This document shows positions 8,059 to 15,843 of a DNA stretch of 58,032 nucleotides, one piece after another. The notes under the pieces were generated by a model, which worked only from the letters and a program-made list of their open reading frames with translations, searched no databases and was not told the origin of the DNA. The DNA is taken from positions 1-58,032 of the IMG/VR virus record IMGVR_UViG_3300045253_000042; one strand, 5' to 3'. The first letter of the stretch is position 1. Each line of letters starts with the position of its first letter. The DNA is from a virus (lineage: Duplodnaviria; Caudoviricetes). The position numbers were made by a program, and so were the translations under genes.

Positions 8059-8289
8059 TTAGGCGGACTGTTCGGCGGTCGCCTCCAGCAGCGAGCCGGG
8101 CGACACCTCGAGGAATGCGGCGACCGCGGCGAGCTCGTCGACGGTCAGGCGCTGCTCGCCCGAAAGGAGCCGGGCGGTGGTGGACGTGGTCCAGCCCAGG
8201 CCCCTGGCCAGCCCCCGGCCGCTGATCTTGCGGCGGGCTAGTTCGGCGCGCAGGTTCCCTGCGACCTGGTCCGTGGCACTGTGTCCCAT
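8059..8289 (-). CDS. cro: Cro-like XRE HTH regulator
   Basis: NLRAELARRKISGRGLARGLGW...RLLSGEQRLTVDEL XRE HTH; first gene of the leftward operon, divergent from repressor. Confidence 0.85.
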   Translation of the reverse strand: MGHSATDQVAGNLRAELARRKISGRGLARGLGWTTSTTARLLSGEQRLTVDELAAVAAFLEVSPGSLLEATAEQSA

Positions 8290-8297
8290 AGACCGGC

Positions 8298-8327
8298 ACA
8301 GTAGACCGGTAATCGGCATGCCGTCAA
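8298..8327 (-). promoter_or_regulatory. Putative early lytic promoter for cro (near-leaderless)
   Basis: TTGACG-18bp-TACTGT, 8 nt before the cro ATG; overlaps palindrome CGGCATGCCG (8314-8323) and direct repeat TAGACCGG (8289-8296, 8302-8309). Confidence 0.65.
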
Positions 8328-8415
8328 GTGCATCAGCGTGCTACTTTTCGAGCCACCAGTGGCCCACGGAGCGGGATGGTGTTACGCCGAAGGGGCGAGT
8401 GTCCCGGTGTGTGGG

Positions 8416-8444
8416 TTGCACGGCCGGTCAGGACGTGGGACCGT
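8416..8444 (+). promoter_or_regulatory. Putative repressor promoter (leaderless)
   Basis: TTGCAC-17bp-GACCGT with extended TG, 7 nt before ATG at 8452. Confidence 0.45.
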
Positions 8445-8451
8445 CCACTCC

Positions 8452-8700
8452 ATGATGGACGACGCCTTCACCAAGGCCATCGCCGCCGAGCTCCGAGCGG
8501 AAGCGGCCCGCCAGAAGATCACCGGACGCGAGCTGTCGCGCCGGACGGGGATCCCAGCCAGCAACATCTCGCGCTACCTCAACGGCGAGGGCCTGGGCTT
8601 CGACCAGTACGTGCTGATCATGCGGGCGATGGGGAAGGAGCCGGCGACAGTCGGCGACCTTATCCAGCGGTATGGCGGCTCCTGGTCCGACGTCGCATGA
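8452..8700 (+). CDS. Immunity repressor (XRE HTH)
   Basis: AELRAEAARQKITGRELSRRTGIPASNISRYLNGE XRE HTH; divergent from cro and upstream of integrase. Confidence 0.85.
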   Translation: MMDDAFTKAIAAELRAEAARQKITGRELSRRTGIPASNISRYLNGEGLGFDQYVLIMRAMGKEPATVGDLIQRYGGSWSDVA

Positions 8701-8705
8701 TCACA

Positions 8706-8730
8706 CCGACGGCGGATATCCCGCCGTCGG
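8706..8730. other. Perfect 10-bp inverted repeat between repressor and integrase (attenuator/terminator or binding site)
   Basis: CCGACGGCGG-ATATC-CCGCCGTCGG. Confidence 0.55.
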
Positions 8731-8763
8731 CCTCCGGGGGAAACTGGGCATCTCCTGGGGGGG

Positions 8764-9540
8764 ATGATGATCGACTCTCACTGCCGGTGGGCGCTGGTCG
8801 CCGGTGCCCGTCCGAACACGCTCGTCGCCCGCGGCGGGGTGCTGCGGCACTTCGCCAAGACGCACCCGCTCCTGGCCGCCGGCCGCGAGGACATCTACGT
8901 CTACCTGGCGCGGGACCATCTGTCCCCGCAGTCGCGGCGGTCCTACCTGCTGCACCTGCGCGCCTTCTACAGCTGGGCCACGCTCGAGGGCCTGATCGCC
9001 GCGGACCCGACCACGGGGATCCCGCTGACCCGGGTGCCGCGACGTGAGCCGCGCCCGATGCCGGACCGGGACCTGGCCTTGGCGTTGACCGCGCCGGAGC
9101 CGCTGCGGTCCTGGTTCCTGATCGCCGCCCTGGCGGGTCTGCGGGCCATGGAGATCGCCCCACTGCGCGGGGATGACCTGACCGACGGGTGGCTGTTCGT
9201 CCGGGAGGGCAAGGGCGGCCACTCGCGCAAGGTGTGGGCGCACCCACTCGTCCAGGAGGCCATCATCAGCCGCCAGACGGCCGGCCCGCTGTGGGAGGTG
9301 ACCCCGAAGCGGCTGACCGCGCAGGCGAACCGCTGGCTGCACGCCAACGGGATCAGCTCCACCATGCACACTGCCAGGCACTGGTTCGGCACGAACGTCC
9401 TCATCGCCTCAGGCGGCAACGTGCGGACCACCCAGGAGGCGCTCGGGCACGCCTCGGTGGCGTCGACGCAGGTGTACACCCGGATCAGCGAGGATCAGGT
9501 CCGGGCGGCCATTGAGGGCCTACCGTTGGCCGCGGCCTGA
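8764..9540 (+). CDS. int: Tyrosine integrase (short, no arm-binding domain)
   Basis: GLRAMEI (R), EGKGG (K), HTARH (HxxR), LGH, TQVYT (Y); 258 aa; ends LAAA. Confidence 0.93.
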   Translation: MMIDSHCRWALVAGARPNTLVARGGVLRHFAKTHPLLAAGREDIYVYLARDHLSPQSRRSYLLHLRAFYSWATLEGLIAADPTTGIPLTRVPRREPRPMPDRDLALALTAPEPLRSWFLIAALAGLRAMEIAPLRGDDLTDGWLFVREGKGGHSRKVWAHPLVQEAIISRQTAGPLWEVTPKRLTAQANRWLHANGISSTMHTARHWFGTNVLIASGGNVRTTQEALGHASVASTQVYTRISEDQVRAAIEGLPLAAA

Positions 9541-9565
9541 CCGGGCCGAGGAAAGGGTCGAGACG

Positions 9566-9898
9566 ATGAATGCGCGAGCCGCCCTCATAGCTCTGCTAGC
9601 TCTCCCGCTCGTGCTGGCTGGCTGCTCCAGCTCGGGCCTGCCATCCGCGCACCATTCGCAGACCCCAGCCGAGCAGGTCGCCGCCGTGTTCACCCGCGAC
9701 GCCGGCTACCCGCCGCCGGACTCCCAGGGCGGCGCCGACGGCTGGCTCAAGGCTGTGCGGGACGACTGCGCGTTCTCCGACACCCAGCTTGCGATCGAGG
9801 GCCCGCTGCTGTACTCCCAGTCCGCGACGGGCTTTGCGGCCATGAAGGACTCGATGGCGGTCATCTGCCCGGCGCAGGCCGACAAGCTGACCCACTGA
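9566..9898 (+). CDS. Lipoprotein (possible lysogen-expressed exclusion factor)
   Basis: MNARAALIALLALPLVLAGC lipobox; ends AVICP as in DUF732-like proteins. Confidence 0.75.
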   Translation: MNARAALIALLALPLVLAGCSSSGLPSAHHSQTPAEQVAAVFTRDAGYPPPDSQGGADGWLKAVRDDCAFSDTQLAIEGPLLYSQSATGFAAMKDSMAVICPAQADKLTH

Positions 9899-9910
9899 GG
9901 ACAGCCGAAA

Positions 9911-9936
9911 GGACCCCCGCCCGGAGGCGGGGGTCC
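9911..9936. terminator. Intrinsic (likely bidirectional) terminator between convergent operons
   Basis: GGACCCCCGCC-CGGA-GGCGGGGGTCC 11-bp stem; short U-tract on minus strand. Confidence 0.8.
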
Positions 9937-9971
9937 AGTAGCCAGCGTCGGGCGTTGCCGTCGGCTGGGGG

Positions 9972-10775
9972 TCAGGCGGATGCGGCGCAGTACGCCGCCA
10001 GCTGGGCCGTGGACAGGGGCCGGCCGGTGAGGTCGTTGCCGCCGTTGGGCCAGTAGCAGAAGAACGAGCACCCGAGCGAGATGGCCAGGTCGATGTCGGC
10101 GACCATCGCGGCCTTGACCTCGGCGTCGGTGTACAGCGACGGGTTGGTCTGGGCCTGGATGCCGTTCTCGCAGATCCCCCACGGCTTGCCCAGCGACGCC
10201 GCGAACGAGGCGATGGTCGACCAGCGCCCACGGCTGTAGTTGTCGGGGGCGATGACCTTCGCGGCGGGGCAGTCCCAGTGCACGTACGAGCCGTCGGAGA
10301 ACGGCTGCCCGGTCGTGCACGCGGCAGGCAGGATCGGGTACCGGCGGCCCACGTTGATCCGGTCGACGATCACCCCGGCGGCCGAGTAGACCTTCGCCCA
10401 GCGGACGTAGTCGCCGCCCCACACGGACCGGTCTTCCTCGTGCAGCAGCACCAGGTAGTGGACGGCCGTGTCGGGCATGGCCTTACGCCACTCCGCCTCG
10501 AGCACCGCGGACGAGGTCCCGCCGACGAGCGCGTACTCGGCCGACCGGTTCGCGTCGTTGCTGTACACGATCGGCAGGCCCGCGGGGACGGCCGCGGCGT
10601 CGGCGGGGTTGAAGCAGCGCACGATGTGCGGCTTGATGATCGACAGGAGTTGCGCCGTCGACCAAGCGCCCTTCGAGGCGCCGACCTTGCAGCCCGTCGC
10701 CGCCGATGGGGCGATGTCGATGCTGGAGGACAGACCCGTGACCGGGTTGGTGACGGTGACCGTGGAGACGCTCAC
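9972..10775 (-). CDS. Clan GH-A (GH26-like) glycoside hydrolase
   Basis: LLHEED acid/base, APDNY, GKPWGICENG nucleophile, FCYW. Confidence 0.65.
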   Translation of the reverse strand: MSVSTVTVTNPVTGLSSSIDIAPSAATGCKVGASKGAWSTAQLLSIIKPHIVRCFNPADAAAVPAGLPIVYSNDANRSAEYALVGGTSSAVLEAEWRKAMPDTAVHYLVLLHEEDRSVWGGDYVRWAKVYSAAGVIVDRINVGRRYPILPAACTTGQPFSDGSYVHWDCPAAKVIAPDNYSRGRWSTIASFAASLGKPWGICENGIQAQTNPSLYTDAEVKAAMVADIDLAISLGCSFFCYWPNGGNDLTGRPLSTAQLAAYCAASA

Positions 10776-11041
10776 GCGATGCCCGTGAAAGTCGCCTTCG
10801 TCCCGTCGTCGGACGTCTGGGTCCAGACGCGGGGCGAGGTGTCCTTGACCGCGAACGGCTGCGGCGGCACCGCCGGCAGGTCGATGGGAGTGGGTGTGCT
10901 GATCTGCCCGGTCGCCGGGTTGGTGACCGTGATCAGGTCGTGCTCGGCCGGTGTGGACGGGCGCGGCGCGTCGGTCACCGTGAGGGTGAGCGTGTCGCCC
11001 CTCTTGTAGGTGGTCGGGGAGATGCTCAGGGTCGGTGCCAT
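10772..11041 (-). CDS. Small beta-rich protein
   Basis: MAPTLSISPTTYKRGDTLTLTVTD...; coupled to both neighbours. Confidence 0.65.
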   Translation of the reverse strand: MAPTLSISPTTYKRGDTLTLTVTDAPRPSTPAEHDLITVTNPATGQISTPTPIDLPAVPPQPFAVKDTSPRVWTQTSDDGTKATFTGIA

Positions 11042-11901
11042 CAGATGAATCCTCTCGACTTGCCCCACGCCTTCTCGACTCCGACGGCGGCAGCGTTCGA
11101 GCCGTAGTGCCGTGCGGCCCGCCACGGGGCGTTCGCGTTCCACAGTTCCAGGTCCACCGTCACGTCCGGTGGTGTCGGAGTCGGGGTGGGGGTGGGTGCG
11201 GGCTGCGCGAGGGGCACCAGCTGGGTCACATCACCCTGCTCGTGCAGGAGCCGGTCCCAGTCGGTGAACGAGAACGAGAAGTACCCGTGGTCGCCCCAGC
11301 TGCCGCCCCACGAGTTCGCGGCCCGCACCGTCTGGCTGACCGTGTCGACGCCGAGGACCTCGAACTCGTGGCCGCCACGGACCTGCGCGGAAGCGGAGAT
11401 CCGCACCCGCCCGGAGGTGTCCGGGTGGTCGAACGAGTCGTACCAGTTCACCCCGGTGATGACCGGCGCGGTCGCGAGCGCGGCGAGGGCCGCGTTCAGG
11501 GTCAGGGCGTGGGTGTAGCCGGAGATGTAGCCCAGCGAGCGCAGGACCTTCGCGGCGGACAGGCCGTCCGATCCGGTGTCCGTCGGTGGGTAGGTGCCCG
11601 GGTAGGCGTCGACCTCGGTGGCCTGGGAGTACACCGACACGGCGAGGACCTCGTCGAGCTGCGGATGGAACAGGCCACCCAGGTCCTCCAGCAGCGGCGA
11701 CGTTCCGATGGCGCCGACGGCGGCGTTGCCCGTGCAGGAGCCGAGGTGGCCCTGGTCGAAGATCGGCACCTGCCGCTTGTGCACCACCGACACGACCGCT
11801 CCCTCGGGCAGCGCGTACGCCAGCGATCGCGGGTCGTGGTTGATGTGCCGCCCCAGGCGCTTGCCGGGGACGACGAACTCGCGGATCGCGTATTTCATCA
11901 C
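11041..11901 (-). CDS. Papain-like (C1 family) cysteine peptidase
   Basis: DQGHLGSCTGNA (Q,C), GGHEF (H), ANSWGGSWGDHGYF (N); C-terminal PT linker and small domain. Confidence 0.88.
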   Translation of the reverse strand: MMKYAIREFVVPGKRLGRHINHDPRSLAYALPEGAVVSVVHKRQVPIFDQGHLGSCTGNAAVGAIGTSPLLEDLGGLFHPQLDEVLAVSVYSQATEVDAYPGTYPPTDTGSDGLSAAKVLRSLGYISGYTHALTLNAALAALATAPVITGVNWYDSFDHPDTSGRVRISASAQVRGGHEFEVLGVDTVSQTVRAANSWGGSWGDHGYFSFSFTDWDRLLHEQGDVTQLVPLAQPAPTPTPTPTPPDVTVDLELWNANAPWRAARHYGSNAAAVGVEKAWGKSRGFI

Positions 11902-11907
11902 GTCTCC

Positions 11908-12252
11908 TCAGGCTCGGGCGGCCGGGCATGGCCAGTTCGGGACCGGCGGGCGGCCGGCAGCGACCCAGCCGCCGTACGCGAACCTGGCCGTGGCGAGCTC
12001 GACCGCGGAGAAGTGGCGCAGCACGAGCGGGTCGAGAACGCCCTGGTCGTGCTCCACCAGGTAGCGCACCAGGGAGTGCTGGCGGCGGTGATGGTTCGGG
12101 CAGAGGACCAGCATCGTGGACTGGTTGTCCTGCCCGCCCAGGGACAGCGGCAGCTCGTGGTGCTCATCGAAGCCACCGTGCCCGGACATCGCGGACGAGC
12201 AGGACTTGCCGAACGCGCACCGGGTACCGGGGGTGTCGAGCCCCGCGCTCAC
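11908..12252 (-). CDS. HNH endonuclease
   Basis: EHHELPLSLGG...MLVLCPNHHRRQH. Confidence 0.75.
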   Translation of the reverse strand: MSAGLDTPGTRCAFGKSCSSAMSGHGGFDEHHELPLSLGGQDNQSTMLVLCPNHHRRQHSLVRYLVEHDQGVLDPLVLRHFSAVELATARFAYGGWVAAGRPPVPNWPCPAARA

Positions 12253-12581
12253 GTGAAAGGGGGCGGCGCCGGCGTCACATGCGGCGCGGGCTGCACGGTG
12301 ACCAGGTTGGCCCCGGTCACTTGCGCGGGCGCCACCAGGGCGGCCGTGGCACCCTTGCCGACGCCGTACTGCTTGGTGAGCCCGGTCGCGAACACGCCGA
12401 CGAACCACACCGCGGCGGAGAACCCGGCCAGGTTGTACATGGCGCGCCACGTCGACGACCAGTCGACGCCCTCGATGCCGTTGTGCTTGATGACCTGGTT
12501 CGCGGCGATGCCGAGGGCGGGCACCACGATGATGAGCAGCAGGTGCCGCACCCAGGCGGGCAACCTGTCAAGGGGTCCCAT
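12249..12581 (-). CDS. Holin
   Basis: Two hydrophobic helices and TKQYGVG motif, directly after endolysin. Confidence 0.7.
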   Translation of the reverse strand: MGPLDRLPAWVRHLLLIIVVPALGIAANQVIKHNGIEGVDWSSTWRAMYNLAGFSAAVWFVGVFATGLTKQYGVGKGATAALVAPAQVTGANLVTVQPAPHVTPAPPPFT

Positions 12582-12592
12582 GATCTGGCCTC

Positions 12593-13522
12593 CTACGGCT
12601 TCGGGATGAACGGGTGCGCGGTCAGCGTCGCGATGACACTCCCGCCGACCAGCGGGGCGAGCGCGGCCGCCAGGGCGTTGACGTCGACGCCGCCGTGCAC
12701 GAGCGGGGCGAGAGCTGCGGCCAGGGCCGCCGGGTCGGTCTTGGCGGCGGCCGCGTCCTGGTCGGTCTTGGCGACCAGTGCGACCGCAGCTGCCGCGTCC
12801 TGGAACATGTTGACGAACGCGGTCGAGCGCTGGCCGCCGTCGGGGATCCCGGCCGCGTCGCACTCGGCGATCAGGTTCGGGTCGGAGATGCCGTTGCGCC
12901 AGCCGGCGCCCACGATGAACTGGCGGCCGTCGGAAAGGTGGACTCGGATCATCGTGGGCTCCCAGGGGGTAGCTGTCCACGCGCCGTAGCCGGGGACGGT
13001 GGCGCGGTCGTAGTCGACGGCGGTCCCGCCCAGGGACTGGCCGTTGTTGTACTGCTGGAGCTGGGCGCGCGGATCCCACTTGCCGGCGGACCAGCCGTAG
13101 GTCTGGAACCCGTACGCGCAGTGCCCCGCGTCGAGGACCGCCTTGACGGTGCCGATGCCGCCGTACCAGCCGTTGGCCGCAGCCGGCCGCGCGTCCGCCA
13201 GGCCCTGCGCGTAGGCGAGGACGTTGGGCCCGGTGGCTGCGCCGGTGTCGTCCTCCGCGAAGTACACGACCGTGCCGGGCGGGCACCCCAGACGCTTGCA
13301 CTCCGCGGTGGCTGCGGCGGCGTCGGTTGCCCCCCCAGCCCTTCCGGTGGTGTACCGGTTCCCGGTCGTCTCGTAGATCAGGACCACGTCGAGGCCGGCC
13401 GCGTGGTAGGCGTCGACCTGGGCCCGGTCCAGGTACTTGAAGTACTGGCCGACAAACCGCTTCCCGGCAGCGACCAGGGCCGCAGGGGTGGGATGGCCGG
13501 CCGCGTCGACGCCTTCGATCAT
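12593..13522 (-). CDS. Endolysin, DUF1906 (Rv2525c/GH25-like) muramidase
   Basis: GVD...GKRFVGQY...LIYE...VYFAEDD...WYGG...FQTYGWSAG..DPRAQLQQY...VDYD. Confidence 0.88.
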   Translation of the reverse strand: MIEGVDAAGHPTPAALVAAGKRFVGQYFKYLDRAQVDAYHAAGLDVVLIYETTGNRYTTGRAGGATDAAAATAECKRLGCPPGTVVYFAEDDTGAATGPNVLAYAQGLADARPAAANGWYGGIGTVKAVLDAGHCAYGFQTYGWSAGKWDPRAQLQQYNNGQSLGGTAVDYDRATVPGYGAWTATPWEPTMIRVHLSDGRQFIVGAGWRNGISDPNLIAECDAAGIPDGGQRSTAFVNMFQDAAAAVALVAKTDQDAAAAKTDPAALAAALAPLVHGGVDVNALAAALAPLVGGSVIATLTAHPFIPKP

Positions 13523-13881
13523 GGCGGCGCCTCCCCTTCGGTGTGCTCGCCAGCGGCCAGGTGCTCGTCGAACCGCTCGGACAGCAGCGAGATGTCCCGG
13601 CTGTTCGCGAAGGTGCCGCGCTCAGTGCGGTCGATCGCGGCATCCATGTGTTCCAGGCGGCGGTGCAAGTCCGGCAGGGAGTCCCCGCCGTTCGCGTCCG
13701 GCTGGATCGTCTTGGTGCGGTCCACGACGGTGGAGCGAACCTCGGTGAGCTGGTCGGAGATGACGTTCTTGATGGCCCCGCGGATGGCGCGACGCAGCAG
13801 CACATAGAGGCCACCGACGGCCGCGACGACCGCTGCGACGTCTTCCCAGGAGTGCACGCCGACGTCGTTGAGCAGGCTCAT
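13519..13881 (-). CDS. Lysis-region membrane protein (DUF2746-like)
   Basis: N-terminal TM helix, NGGDSLPD motif, coiled coil. Confidence 0.7.
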   Translation of the reverse strand: MSLLNDVGVHSWEDVAAVVAAVGGLYVLLRRAIRGAIKNVISDQLTEVRSTVVDRTKTIQPDANGGDSLPDLHRRLEHMDAAIDRTERGTFANSRDISLLSERFDEHLAAGEHTEGEAPP

Positions 13882-13923
13882 GGCTTTTGCCCCGTTCCAT
13901 TCAGTTGTGGTAGCCCCCAGGTC

Positions 13924-14481
13924 CTATGGCTGTGCCTGATCCTTCTGCTGCGCGGCCACGACGGTGGCGGCGAGGCGCTCCGCGAGGGAGACGCGCATGT
14001 CTACGAGCCGGTTCTCGATCTCGTCGATCTCCGCGACGAGCTCCGGGTCGATCACCAGGCCGGCCCGACGGTTCAGGCGGGCCACCTCACGCTTGGCCAG
14101 CAGCAGCGCTTCGGTGGCGACCAGCTCGTTCTGTTTCGCGGCGGTCAGGTTCGAGTTGACGAGCGTGTGGATCTCGCGCAGCGCGCCCTGCGTTCTGGCG
14201 TCCGCGTCGGCCGCCGCCAGCGCGACCCGCTCGTTCGACTCGACCAGCAGCCGGGCAGCCTCTGCCGCGTGCGCGGCGGCCTCGTCCTGGCGCTCGAGCA
14301 GCAGCGCTGCCGCCTCGGCGGCCTGCGCGGCCACCTGGTCGTCGTGCTCACGCAGCGCCAGCGCAGCCTCGGCGGCCCGCTGCGCGACCGCGTCCTGGCG
14401 CTTGTTGGCCTGCCGTGCCACCAGCAGCGGCGTGACGATGGTTCCCAGGACGAAGATCAGCGCGACCAGGACGGGCGTCAC
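13924..14481 (-). CDS. Membrane-anchored coiled-coil protein in lysis region
   Basis: N-terminal TM, repeated AAEAA(A)LL units, IHTLVNSNLT. Confidence 0.7.
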   Translation of the reverse strand: MTPVLVALIFVLGTIVTPLLVARQANKRQDAVAQRAAEAALALREHDDQVAAQAAEAAALLLERQDEAAAHAAEAARLLVESNERVALAAADADARTQGALREIHTLVNSNLTAAKQNELVATEALLLAKREVARLNRRAGLVIDPELVAEIDEIENRLVDMRVSLAERLAATVVAAQQKDQAQP

Positions 14482-14513
14482 CGCCTACCCCCTCTAGTGT
14501 CAGGACGACTGGG

Positions 14514-15035
14514 TTATGCGCTCTCGACCTTGCCGTCCACGTGCAGGGAGTCCGACGTCGCCCACGTCCACGGGGCGGTCGGCGTGACCGGGACCAGCCC
14601 GTCTGCCGCGGTCTGCGAGGTGTACAGGACGAGGCTGTTCGTCGCCGAGGTGTCCAGCAGGATCGCCTGCCCGATCAGGTGCACGCTGCCGGCGTTGTGG
14701 AAGTAGTGACACATCGCCGAGGTGTGCAGGTTCGCCACGTTCGGGGTGGTGGTGATGAACGGCAGCACGATCGACCAGATCCCGGACCCGTAGGTCGACG
14801 TCGACCCGAACGTGATGGTGAGCCGATACCAGAAGGTCTTGCCGTCCTGGAAGTAGCGGCCGACCGCGGACCCGTTGTTGACGACCGGGTTCGTGGTCGC
14901 GCCGATCAGCGACGGCGTGAAGCCGGTCCAGGCGGCCTGCAGGCCCGTGAACGGGGTGCCGATCTCGGCGTTCAGCGTCGCCGCGGTCACGATCTCCGCC
15001 GTGACGAACACGTGCGGGGTGTAGTTGATGCTCAC
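14514..15035 (-). CDS. Minor tail / receptor-binding protein
   Basis: AEIVTAATLNAEI anchor motif, WTGFTPSL, GRYFQDGK, FGSTSTYGSG.W...LP beta-sandwich pattern. Confidence 0.7.
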   Translation of the reverse strand: MSINYTPHVFVTAEIVTAATLNAEIGTPFTGLQAAWTGFTPSLIGATTNPVVNNGSAVGRYFQDGKTFWYRLTITFGSTSTYGSGIWSIVLPFITTTPNVANLHTSAMCHYFHNAGSVHLIGQAILLDTSATNSLVLYTSQTAADGLVPVTPTAPWTWATSDSLHVDGKVESA

Positions 15036-15610
15036 GCCAGGTCACCCCGGGCCGAGAGCAGCGTGTTCTCGGCGCGCAGCACCGCGACGGTCTCGTCGGG
15101 TTCCCAGTTCTGCAGCACCGCCGGCCGTACCGCCATGGCGTCCTCGACGCCGCCCACGTCCTCGGGCCAGATCACCGGCACCCACCGGCCGTCGACGTGG
15201 GCGTTGAGGCAGTCGACGCAGAACATGCGGTGGTCGGTGCGGCACGCGAGCTGCGCCCCGCCGCACGGGCAGACCGCGATCCAGCGGCCGTGGTTGACCC
15301 GCACCCGGATGGCGTGCTCGCGGCCGGCCACGTAGTCGTCCGGCGGGGTGAACGGTGCGACGTCGGTGCGGTTCCAGCCGACGCGGGTCACCCAGGTCGC
15401 ACCCTTGGCCGGCGGCTCCGGTGGCCACGGGGAGGCTGCGGCCAGGTCGGCCATCGCGGCCGCATGCTCGGCCGGCGGGTACTGGTCGGCGAGGCTGGCG
15501 ACGAGCCGGGTCTGCCGGTCGTGTTCGGTCCAGGCGGCCCGGTAGGCCTTGCTCGCCCGCTGGCCATAGTGGGAGGCGTCCTGCAGCACGACGCCTCCCG
15601 GGGCAAACAT
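15032..15610 (-). CDS. Conserved tail-region Cys-rich protein
   Basis: VNHGRWIAVCPCGGA...FCVDC.N...W..V.WP...QNWEPDETV..LRAEN. Confidence 0.7.
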   Translation of the reverse strand: MFAPGGVVLQDASHYGQRASKAYRAAWTEHDRQTRLVASLADQYPPAEHAAAMADLAAASPWPPEPPAKGATWVTRVGWNRTDVAPFTPPDDYVAGREHAIRVRVNHGRWIAVCPCGGAQLACRTDHRMFCVDCLNAHVDGRWVPVIWPEDVGGVEDAMAVRPAVLQNWEPDETVAVLRAENTLLSARGDLA

Positions 15611-15645
15611 AGGGTCTCTGACGAGCCTTGGGCCGCGCGGGCTAC

Positions 15646-15834
15646 TCAGGCTGGGGGCGCCTTCTTTCGACGGTCCAGGGCCGCGCTGATCGTCGCGAGC
15701 AGCGGCTCGATGAGGAGGCTGAGGGCGACGAAGAACAGGCCCCAGTCGACGAGGAGCAGGTCCCCGAGGTTCTTGGACAGGGCGGCGAGCGCGAACAGCA
15801 CAGCGGCGACGATCATGAACAGGAGCGCGAGCAT
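15646..15834 (-). CDS. Small two-TM membrane protein
   Basis: Two hydrophobic helices; AGGAG RBS. Confidence 0.7.
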   Translation of the reverse strand: MLALLFMIVAAVLFALAALSKNLGDLLLVDWGLFFVALSLLIEPLLATISAALDRRKKAPPA

Positions 15835-15843
15835 GGTGGTCTC

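Noticed and set aside
9937-9971. attP at the convergence of the two transcription units
   Set aside because: No tRNA-like core or arm-type repeats visible; the repressor 3' end is the better candidate, though this site is not excluded
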